Positions 54,062-64,000 of a stretch of DNA of 64,000 nucleotides are shown here, in pieces. The stretch is from assembly GCA_002269645.1 (NCBI GenBank), contig NIVC01000956.1:1-64000 (forward strand), in the 5' to 3' direction. Source of the DNA: Macrostomum lignano. Lineage: Eukaryota. The number at the start of each line of letters is the position of its first letter. Within the stretch, counting starts at the first letter, position 1. Below the pieces are notes generated by a model. It had not been told where the DNA came from and searched no databases. It was given only the letters and a program-made list of their open reading frames with translations. A program made the position numbers and the translations under genes.

Positions 54062-54578
54062 AGGTGCCAGGGCTCCAGGGGCGCCAGGGTTCCAGGGGCG
54101 CCAGGGCTCCAGGGGCGCCAGGGCTCCAGGGGCGCCAGGGCTCCAGGGTCGCCAGGGCTCCAGGGGCGCCAGGGCTCCAGGGGCGCCAGGGCTCCAGGGG
54201 CGCCAGGGCTCCAGGGGAGCCAGGGCTCCAGGGGCGCCAGGGCTCCAGGGGCGCCAGGGCTCCAGGGGCGCCAGGGCTCCAGGGGCGCCAGGGCTCCAGG
54301 GGCGCCAGGGCTCCAGGGGCGCCAGGGCTCCAGGGGCGCCAGGGCTCCAGGGTCGCCAGGGCTCCAGGGGCGCCAGGGCTCCAGGGTCGCCAGGGCTCCA
54401 GGGGCGCCAGGGCTCCAGGGTCGCCAGGGCTCCAGGGGCGCCAGAGCTCCAGGGCGCCAGGGCTCCAGGGGTGCCAGGGCTCCAGGGGCGCCAGGGCTCC
54501 AGGGGTGCCAGGGCTCCACGGGCGCCAGAGCTCCAGGGCGCCAGGGCTCCAGGGGCGCCAGGGCTCCAGGGGCGCCAG
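54062..54578 (+). repeat. 17-bp GC-rich minisatellite (ggggcgccagggctcca)
   Basis: Direct inspection. Confidence 0.97.
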
Positions 54579-55199
54579 GACACCCGGAGGCACCTGAGAA
54601 GGACCAAACAGCATAGCACGCACGTAAAAATATGCGACTGATAGGGCCAATTTAAAAGTGCAAATCACACGGTCTACTGAACAAAAATACACTAATTATT
54701 ATCAAGATATTTATAAAATTGCTTATTCAGTCGTAAGCTCTTGCTAAAGTTTTTTTTTCATTCAAAGCATTTCCATCGCAAAGTTTGATTCAGTCTATAT
54801 TTAGTCAAAGTTTTTATACACAAGGCGGAGAAAATCACAGCCTCCAGAACGAGTTATGAAGAGTCCTACAATGAGGGCGGCACCGGACACTGAGCGCCAG
54901 TGTTACAGCAATTCTTGAATCGAATCCCGAGTGGAATTTGAATTGGCCACACGCTCAGATTGGTCAGGACAATGCGGTCAGCTGGTGAATTGCGGAAGAG
55001 AAGGCAGGGAGAAATTTAGAGGGAGAAGTTCGGTCGATGAGCGGGACTCAACATTTTTTTCTAAAAAATAACTTGTCCAACCTTCCTTGGGTCTTATTTC
55101 GCTTCAGCTGCACCTGCCTCTGCTGACAAGCAACCCTTTCACCTTAGCCAGGGAGTCCTTGAACCAGAACTTGGACTGGAAGAAAACAGTTGACGAACC

Positions 55200-55650
55200 T
55201 AGTGAAATTTAAGTCTTGTGTGAAATTTAGGTCCAGAGAAATTTAGGTCTAATGAAATTTAGGTCTAATGAAATTTAGGTCTAGTAAACGTTAGGTCTAG
55301 TGAAACTTAGGTCCAGAGAAATTTAGGTCCAATGAAATTTAGGTCTAGTAAACGTTAGGTCTAGTGAAATTTAGGTCCAGTGAATTTAGGTCTAGTGTGA
55401 AATTTAGGTCTAATGAAATTTAGGTCTAGTGAAATTTAGGTGCAGTGAAATTTAGGTCCTGAGAAATTTAGGTGCAGTGAAATTTAGGTCCTGAGAAATT
55501 TAGGTGCAGTGAAATTTAGGTCCTGAGAAATTTAGGTGCAGTGATATTTAAGTGCAGTGAAATTTAGGTGCAGTGATATTTAGGTGCAGTGAAATTTAGG
55601 TGCAGTGATATTTAGGTCCTGAGAAATTTAGGTACAGTGAAATTTAGGTC
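55200..55650 (+). repeat. 16-bp minisatellite (gaaatttaggtctagt)
   Basis: Direct inspection. Confidence 0.94.
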
Positions 55651-56219
55651 TCGGTAAATTGTGTATAAAATGATGCCTTTAGGAAGCACTGCCGCTCCAG
55701 ATTCCAGTTTGGGGATCTCCATGCTAACAGCCGAGTTAATAAGGATTGGAGCATTGAGGGAAGAGCTTTCGCAAAATGAGGGGCTGCCTATGCAGTAGTG
55801 ACTGGGCAATGAAAAGCAGCCTTACAAAAGTAGTGCAGTTGGACAAAGGAAAAATCGAACGAAAAGGTGAAACGACCGAAAGAGGAGAAGCTGGAAAATG
55901 ATGATGAGGAAGGCTGGCTTCAAGCTTCATCGAGCCCGCTAGACCGGGGCTCTATCGAGCGAGACAGCTGAGGCAGATGGCTCTGCAGGGTTTCAAGGCT
56001 AGAGAAAAAATGATGAGTAAACAGAGAAATTGAGTAGAACACAAAAGAATGCGCTTGGACATCGATATGGGGGATATTTAATTCTCAAAGATGCTCAAAG
56101 ATGCTCCCAGCGTGGTATTCTGAATTGGTTTGCACACTGCTTCAAGTGGGTGGCAGAACTCAGGGGGGTAGTTTCTGGTTAGAAGGGTCTCACAGATTCT
56201 CGGGAAGGTTCTCGAGGCG

Positions 56220-56635
56220 ACTCTCAAGAGGAGATTCCCAAGGGGAGACTCTCAAGCGGAGACTCTCAAGGGAACATTCTCAAAGGGAGACTCTCAAGGA
56301 GAGATTCTCATGGGGAGACTCTCAAGGGGAGATTCGCATGGGGAGACTCTCATGGGGAGACTCTCAAGGGGAGATTCTCATGGGGAGACTCTCATGGGGA
56401 GACTCTCAAGGGGAGACTCTCAAGGGGAGACTCTCAAGGAGAGACTCTCAAGGGGAGACTCTCAAGGGGAGATTCTCATGGGGAGACTCTCATGGGGAGA
56501 CTCTCAAGGGGAGACTCTTAAGGGGAGACTCTCAAGGGGAGACTCTCAAGGGGAGACTCTCAAGGAGAGACTCTCAAGGGGAGACTCTCAAGGGGAGATT
56601 CTCAAAGGGAAACTCTCAAGGGGAGATTCCCTAAG
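56220..56635 (+). repeat. 14-bp minisatellite (ggggagactctcaa)
   Basis: Direct inspection. Confidence 0.95.
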
Positions 56636-57031
56636 GAGATTCGCAGGGTTCCTAGGGGGGATTTCCAACGGTAGATTATCGGGAAGATAATAAGAAGGAA
56701 TTCTCAGAGGAATCCTCAAGAGATTCTGAAGAAAATTTGTCGAGGTGTGATATCATAGGGAAGATTTTCATGGTGGAGATGTTCCAAAGAAGATTCTATT
56801 AAAAAAAAGTGCGTGTGCTAATCATAATAAAAGATCTGCCGTTGAAGTATTTTAATTTCCTCGAAATAAACTTTCTAGTAATCCTACTATTAGTAGCTAA
56901 TAAACCCTCTGAGATCCAAGCGGTTGATGGGAGTTTTAGCATTGGCCAATGGCAGCCCGCGGTCGATTTCGATAGAAATATTCAGCCAGAGCTTCGGCTA
57001 GCAGAAAAATTGGCAGCATCAGCAACAGACA

Positions 57032-57415
57032 ATGGCAATCAGTCTGCTGTTATTGTGGCTCCTGCTTCAATTGCAAATCACTGCTGCTGCTGCTGCGGCC
57101 AGCAACATCGGCTCGTCCAGAGGGGCCGCTGCGGCGGCCGCCGCTGCGTCGTCGGGTCGTCATCAGGACGGCTCCGGTGGCGAGCTCGGCGGCGGCGGAG
57201 GCTCAGGCCGGCTGGCATCGATGACGGACGGTGGCGGCGGCATGGGGCGCCTGTGCACGGATCACTGCTCGGAAGGGTTGCGCAATTGCTCAGCTGAGCA
57301 GCGGGCCAAGGAGACACTGCTGTGCGGCTATGATCGGACGTCCAGACCGGTGCTGCAGGAGGATAGCCAGATTCGTGTGCACATCGCTGTGGCTCTGTTT
57401 CATATTCTGGACGCG
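57032..57415 (+). CDS. Nicotinic acetylcholine receptor alpha-like subunit, exon 1
   Basis: Signal peptide, then EQRAKETLLCGYDRTSRPV (typical L...LL..YD...RPV); gtgagc donor. Confidence 0.9.
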
Positions 57416-57494
57416 GTGAGCCTTTGATTCTGAGCGTTTGACTCACCTATCGAAAGTTGAAGATAAGATTGGTCTTTCCTGGGCTTATGAGTGG

Positions 57495-58138
57495 GGGAGT
57501 GAAGGTTTATGGCTCTCAGATCTAAGATCGATAAAAGAGTGAAGGTTTATGCTCTCAGGTCAAAGATGAGCGATAAGAGATTGAAGGTTTATGGCTTTCA
57601 GATCTAAGATAATCGATAAAAGAGTGAAGGTTTATGGCTCTCAGGTCTAACTGATAAGAGAGTGGGGGTTTTGGTTCCCTGGTCTAAGATAAGAGATAAG
57701 GGAGTGAGGGTTTATGGCTCTCAATTCTAAGATAAGAGATAAGAGAGTGGGGGGGGTTATGGCTCTCATGTCTAACTGATAAGAGAGTGGGGGTTTATGG
57801 TTCCCTGGTCTAAGATAATCGATAAAAGAGTGAAGGTTTATGGCTCTCAGGTCTAACTAATAAGAAAGTGGGGGTTTATGGTTCTCTGGTCTAAGATAAG
57901 AGATAAGAGAGTGAGGGTTTATGGCTCTCAATTCTAAGATAAGAGATAAGAGAGTGGGGGGGGGTTATGGCTCTCATGTCTAACTGATAAGAGAGTGGGG
58001 GTTTATGGTTCCCTGGTCTAAGATAATCGATAAAAGAGTGAAGGTTTATGGCTCTCAGGTCTAACTAATAAGAAAGTGGGGGTTTATGGTTCTCTGGTCT
58101 AAGATAAGAGATAAGAGAGTGAGGGTTTATGGCTCTCG
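57495..58138 (+). repeat. Degenerate ~40-bp repeat with a ~207-bp higher-order duplication
   Basis: Block starting 57721 is repeated at 57928. Confidence 0.92.
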
Positions 58139-58734
58139 GTTGTTTTTCTTTGCTGTTTAAACGTGCGCCAGTACATTTTCCCCCACTTCGTTTAACTTTT
58201 TGGAACGACAAAAATTTAAAGCGCATACGAGCACAACAGCAGACGAGAGAAAATCCAAAAATTCACCCAACCTGCTTCGCATGGCAACCGGGCCAATTTC
58301 CTGTCCGAATCTACAATTACACACTCGCAAGCGAAAGGGGAAGGAATGCGATAGACAGATGCTCCCCTCCCCGGCTAAGCGAGAGTTGCAAAACTTCCCA
58401 ACCCAGAGAGAAACGCTGCTTCGGGATCATAGGTGGGATTTTTGGATTTGACAAAATTTTGTTACGAATTCTCCTAGGCAGAGGAAAATTGCATTAAATT
58501 CTGGATGCAGCGTTGCTTTGCTCGCATTAATGCGAAAAAGAGAGAAGGAAACAGACAGACAAACAGACAAAACTCTACTGGGATGGAGGGGAGAGTTTTG
58601 AGGGAACTCAAAACACAGTCCAGCTGAAGCTTTAGGAATAATCCGTAGAATATTGAGCAGCAACTGAATGCTGGAGGCTGACTCGGAAGGATTCCTGTAG
58701 ATTAATGTAAGAGGCCTGAAGCTTATTGTGGACG

Positions 58735-59105
58735 ATTTCAAGCTTTTTGTAGAGAGCCCGAAGCCTACTATAGAGACCCTGAATATTACTGTCGAGAGCC
58801 TGAAGCCTACTATAGAGACCCTGAATATTACTGTCGAGAGCCTGAAGCCTACTATAGAGACCCTGAATATTACTGTCGAGAGCCTGAAGCCTACTATAGA
58901 GACCCTGAATATTACTGTAGAGAGCCTGAAGCCTACTATAGAGACCCTGAATATTACTGTAGAGAGCCTGAAGTTTGCTGTGGAAATCCTGAAGTTTAAT
59001 GTAGAAAGCCTGAAGCTTGCCGCTGAGAGCCTGAAGTTTTCTTTAGGTTCCTGAAGTTTACTGTAGAGAGGCTGAAGAGCCTGAAACGTTTTAGAGAGCC
59101 TGAAG
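58735..59105 (+). repeat. 42-bp minisatellite (gagagcctgaagcctactatagagaccctgaatattactgtc)
   Basis: Direct inspection. Confidence 0.94.
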
Positions 59106-59333
59106 CTCAAATAAGACTTGAATTTTTGTTCAAAATTTCTAAAGCGAAACTATCCTTCCATCCGTTGCGACAACCCTGAGGGCCTGAAACTAGTTATAGA
59201 CAGCCTGATGTCTTGAAGTGAAACTTGATGAAGTGTCTCAATCCTTAGATTACATCGTTTCAAATGCTAGCTTAGAATAACTTTATACGTAGCTAACAGA
59301 GGTGCTAAATATTTTAATTGCAAAACACTTCAG

Positions 59334-59378
59334 GACGAAAAGCATCAAACTTTGACGATACTGCTGTCAATCCGATTG
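59334..59378 (+). CDS. nAChR exon 2 (DEKHQTLTILLSIRL)
   Basis: cttcag / gtaatt; 45-nt exon with the DEK.Q.L motif typical of nAChR genes. Confidence 0.9.
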
Positions 59379-59470
59379 GTAATTGATGATTTCGAATCAC
59401 TTTTCTGGCACATGTTTTATTGCAACCGGCCCGCGAGTACTTTACCGATTTTGTACACGCTTATTTTCAG

Positions 59471-59580
59471 CGGTGGACAGACGAACACCTGATTTGGCTG
59501 CCGGACGAGTTCAATGGCACCCAGTCCATACATATCCCATCTGGCTCGATATGGACTCCTGATATTGTCATCTCCAACAG
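59471..59580 (+). CDS. nAChR exon 3 (RWTDEHLIWLPDEFNG...IWTPDIVISN)
   Basis: ttttcag / gtgcgt; 110-nt exon with W.D..L.W and W.PDI motifs. Confidence 0.93.
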
Positions 59581-59584
59581 GTGC

Positions 59585-59925
<341 letters not shown>

Positions 59926-60548
59926 CTACAGTGAGTAGAGCTTGACAGTAGAGGGTCAGCATATTTACTAAGTTATGCTTACTAACCTATTCGGTACAAT
60001 CCAATTTCGGGCCCCAGAAAGCTTTCAGCAGCATCAGTTGAATCCAATCAGTTTTTCAGCTTCAGCGATCCGACAAAATTGGCTCGGATCGGCGGTCAAA
60101 GAAATGAATTGATTAAAACTGGCTGCCCACTAGAATTTTGGAGGGCAGGCTTTGGTAAAAAATAAATAGCAGGGTGGGCCAACGCTTGGCGTCTGCGTGT
60201 CTCTGTGGCTGCGACTCCTTCAATCTTGGCTTAAAATTTTCCCGATTTAAAAGTACAAAGTATTAAACATAAAATGAATTACATTAACCCGTTCAATTTC
60301 ATTATTCGTTTCAATTGTTTGCCTTGGCTTTACAAAAATTCGCATTCGCGGAGAGAGAAATGCCTTGAGGCGATGCTTTGGGATTGGAAATTCTGAATAA
60401 TTGGAGCTTGAAAAACAATGAATGCGCGGAATTCATTGTTGCCATTATCGACTGATGAGATCGAGGAATCGAGGGCCTGACTGCTGGCCTTCTCGCTGAT
60501 TTATGGCAACTAAACTGAAGCCTACTGCTGGCACTAATCCTTAGCTGC

Positions 60549-60858
60549 CAAGGACCGCTGTAGCATAACAGGATCAAGGACCACTGTAGCATAACAGGAT
60601 CAAGGACCACTGTAGTATAACAGGATCAAGGACCACTGTAGCATAACAGGATCAAGGACCGCTGTAGTATAACAGGATCAAGGACCACTGTAGCATAACA
60701 GGATCAAGGACCACTGTAGCATAACAGGATCAAGGACCACTGTAGTATAACAGGATCAAGGACCACTGTAGTATAACAGGATCAGGGACCACTGTAGTAT
60801 AACAGGATCAAGGACCACTGTAGTAAAACAGGATCAAGAACCGCTGTAGTATGACAGG
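60549..60858 (-). repeat. 26-bp minisatellite, about 12 copies (cactgtagcataacaggatcaaggac)
   Basis: Reverse complement of the array at 61020-63098. Confidence 0.98.
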
Positions 60859-61019
60859 ATAATTAAAGAAATGGTAATTTTAACTCACCCAAATCAAATG
60901 CAGTCATTGATTTTGTGATGTAAAAAATGTTTCTTATCTCGCAGTGTCTTTTTTTTCCAGGATATTTGGCCTCCAAAAAATCGCAAAATCTTTGAGTTTT
61001 GAGTTGCACCTCGTACGTC

Positions 61020-63098
61020 CTGTATACTACAGTGGTCCTTGATCCTGTTATACTACAGTGGTCCTTGATCCTGTTATACTACAGCGGTCCTTGATCCTGT
61101 TATACTACAGTGGTCCTTGATCCTGTTATACTACAGCGGTCCTTGATCCTGTTATACTACAGTGGTCCTTGATCCTGTTATACTACAGCGGTCCTTGATC
61201 CTGTTATGCTACAGTGGTCCTTGATCCTGTTATACTACAGTGGTCCTTGATCCTGTTATACTACAGTGGTTCTTGATCCTGTTATACTACAGTGGTCCTT
61301 GATCCTGTTATGCTACAGTGGTCCTTGATCCTGTTATGCTACAGTGGTCCTTGATCCTGTTATGCTACAGCGGTCCTTGATCCTGTTATACTACAGTGGT
61401 CCTTGATCCTGTTATACTACAGTGGTCCTTGATCCTGTTATGCTACAGTGGTCCTTGATCCTGTTATACTACAGTGGTTCTTGATTCTGTTATACTACAG
61501 TGGTCCTTGATCCTGTTATACTACAGTGGTCCTTGATCCTGTTATACTACAGTGGTCCTTGATCCTGTTATACTACAGTGGTCCTTGATCCTGTTATGCT
61601 ACGGTGGTCCTTGATCCTGTTATACTACAGTGGTCCGTGATCCTGTTATACTACAGTGGTCCTTGATCCTGTTATACTACAGTGGTCCTTGATCCTGTTA
61701 TGCTACAGTGGTCCTTGATCCTGTTATACTACAGTGGTCCTTGATCCTGTTATACTACAGCGGCCCTTGATCCTGTTATGCTACAGTGGTCCTTGATCCT
61801 GTTATGCTACAGTGGTCCTTGATCCTGTTATGCTACAGTGGTCCTTGATCCTGTTATGCTACAGTGGTCCTTGATCCTGCTATACTACAGCGGTCCTTGA
61901 TCCTGTTATGCTACAGTGGTCCTTGATCCTGCTATACTACAGCGGTCCTTGATCCTGTTATGCTACAGTGGTCCTTGATCCTGTTATGCTACAGTGGTCC
62001 TTGATCCTGTTATGCTACAGTGGTCCGTGATCCTGTTATGCTACAGTGGTCCTTGATCCTGTTATGCTACAGTGGTTCTTGATCCTGTTATACTACAGTG
62101 GTCCTTGATCCTGTTATGCTACAGTGGTCCTTGATCCTGTTATACTACAGTGGTCCTTGATCCTGTTATACTACAGTGGTCCTTGATCCTGTTATGCTAC
62201 AGTGGTCCTTGATCCTGTTATACTACAGTGGTCCTTGATCCTGTTATGCTACAGTGGTTCTTGATCCTGTTATGCTACAGTGGTCCTTGATCCTGTTATG
62301 CTACAGTGGTTCTTGATCCTGTTATGCTACAGTGGTCCTTGATCCTGTTATGCTACAGTGGTCCTTGATCCTGTTATGCTACAGTGGTCCTTGATCCTGT
62401 TATACTACAGTGGTCCTTGATCCTGTTATACTACAGTGGTTCTTGATCCTGTTATGCTACAGTGGTCCTTGATCCTGTTATGCTACAGTGGTCCTTGATC
62501 CTGTTATACTACAGTGGTCCTTGATCCTGTTATGCTACAGTGGTTCTTGATCCTGTTATGCTACAGTGGTCCTTGATCCTGTTATGCTACAGTGGTTCTT
62601 GATCCTGTTATGCTACAGTGGTCTTGATCCTGTTATGCTACAGTGGTCCTTGATCCTGTTATGCTACAGTGGTCCTTGATCCTGTTATACTACAGTGGTC
62701 CTTGATCCTGTTATACTACAGTGGTTCTTGATCCTGTTATGCTACAGTGGTCCTTGATCCTGTTATGCTACAGTGGTCCTTGATCCTGTTATACTACAGT
62801 GGTCCTTGATCCTGTTATGCTACAGTGGTTCTTGATCCTGTTATGCTACAGTGGTCCTTGATCCTGTTATGCTACAGTGGTTCTTGATCCTGTTATGCTA
62901 CAGTGGTCCTTGATCCTGTTATGCTACAGTGGTCCTTGATCCTGTTATGCTACAGTGGTCCTTGATCCTGTTATACTACAGTGGTCCTTGATCCTGTTAT
63001 ACTACAGTGGTTCTTGATCCTGTTATGCTACAGTGGTCCTTGATCCTGTTATGCTACAGTGGTCCTTGATCCTGTTATGCTACAGTGGTCCTTGATCC
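61020..63098 (+). repeat. 26-bp minisatellite, about 80 copies (tccttgatcctgttatgctacagtgg)
   Basis: Direct inspection. Confidence 0.99.
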
Positions 63099-63115
63099 CT
63101 AATCTCCCATTGCAG

Positions 63116-63657
63116 CGCAGACGACAGTAACAAACGCTTCGCCAGCACAAACATTGTTGTTCAGCACAACGGCTCCGTGCTGTGGATGTTCCCAGCCCTG
63201 GTGAAGGTCACCTGCAACTTGGCTGTCAAGTATTTCCCATTCGACTCGCAGCGCTGCAATGTCACCTTCATCAGCTGGACTTATCACCTGTACCAGGTGG
63301 ACCTGTGGCACGACGAATCAGTGGACGCCAACAGAAACTACTTCTCGGAGGCCAGTCAAGAGTGGAATGTGACCAGCATAGCCTATTCCCGCTCTACCGG
63401 GGTGTACGCCTGCTGCAGTGAGCCCTGGCCGGACATCACCATCACCATCGACATGACTCGACGATCACTGTTCTACGTGTTGAACCTGGTGTTCCCCTGC
63501 GCCCTGATGTACCTTACCAGTTGGCTCGGCTTCTTCTTGCCCGCCGAGTCTGGCGAGAAAGTCAACTTGGAGCTGACCATCCTGCTGGCTCTGGTGGTGT
63601 TCCTCATGATTGTTGGCGACACTCTGCCGCCTACACCCGATGCCATTCCGCTTGTGG
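63116..63657 (+). CDS. nAChR exon 4 (Cys-loop, loops B/C, M1, M2, start of M3); gene continues beyond the window
   Basis: Cys-loop CNLAVKYFPFDSQRC, SWTY, YACC, RRSLFYVLNLVFP, SGEKV, LPPTPDAIPL; G|gtgagt donor. Confidence 0.95.
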
Positions 63658-63764
63658 GTGAGTAAGGGGATGCTGGGGATGAGGCTGGGCGAATTGCTGG
63701 GGGATTTTAGTGCTTAACCCTTGTAGAATGGGATTTAAATGCTTAAGGATGTGTTTGGATATTT

Positions 63765-64000
63765 TCAAGGGGATTTGGATGTTTAGGATGGGATTTGGAT
63801 GCTAATGATGGGATTTGGATGTTTAGGGTGAGATTTGGATATTTAGGATGGGATCTGGATATTTAGGATAGTATTAGAATATTTAGGGTGGGATCTAACT
63901 GTTTAGGATGGGATCTAACTGTTTAGGATGGGATCTAACTGTTTAGGATGGGATCTAACTGTTTAGGATGGGATCTAACTGTTTAGGATGGGATCTAACT
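63765..64000 (+). repeat. 20-bp minisatellite (gggatctaactgtttaggat), degenerate at its left end
   Basis: Direct inspection. Confidence 0.94.

Noticed and set aside
53910-54692. Collagen-like GAPGLQGRQG ORFs
   Set aside because: A 17-bp unit cycles through all frames, the Gly-X-Y register is not maintained, and all six frames are open; this is a minisatellite.
58427-59110. ORFs ESLKPTIETLNITV / FRLSTVIFRVSIVG
   Set aside because: 42-bp intronic repeat open on both strands within nAChR intron 1.

Overview
Eukaryotic (animal) genomic DNA: intron-rich, with roughly half of the window (about 34 of 64 kb by my tally) in about 45 distinct micro/minisatellite arrays. The style resembles the free-living flatworm Macrostomum (inference only). 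Three protein-coding genes can be reconstructed by hand from GT-AG exons. (1) Androglobin (ADGB; calpain-like + circularly permuted globin + IQ) lies on the minus strand: 22 exons from about 29312 to 1040, running off the left edge, with about 13 small frameshifts that are nearly all repaired by adding one base. (2) A two-exon type-I membrane protein with CUB-like and LDLa-like Cys patterns spans 48811-50692 (+). (3) An alpha-type nicotinic acetylcholine receptor-like Cys-loop subunit spans 57032 to beyond 63657 (+) and has a divergent agonist pocket. Most ORFs in the supplied track are repeat translations and are not genes. The most interesting signals are: an indel that decides whether the androglobin proximal His exists; tandem RFX X-box/CCAAT arrays inside a ciliary gene; minisatellites built from splice-acceptor and branch-point motifs; inverted minisatellite pairs, including a fold-back in the nAChR intron; and a NETO/LEV-10-like gene next to the nAChR.
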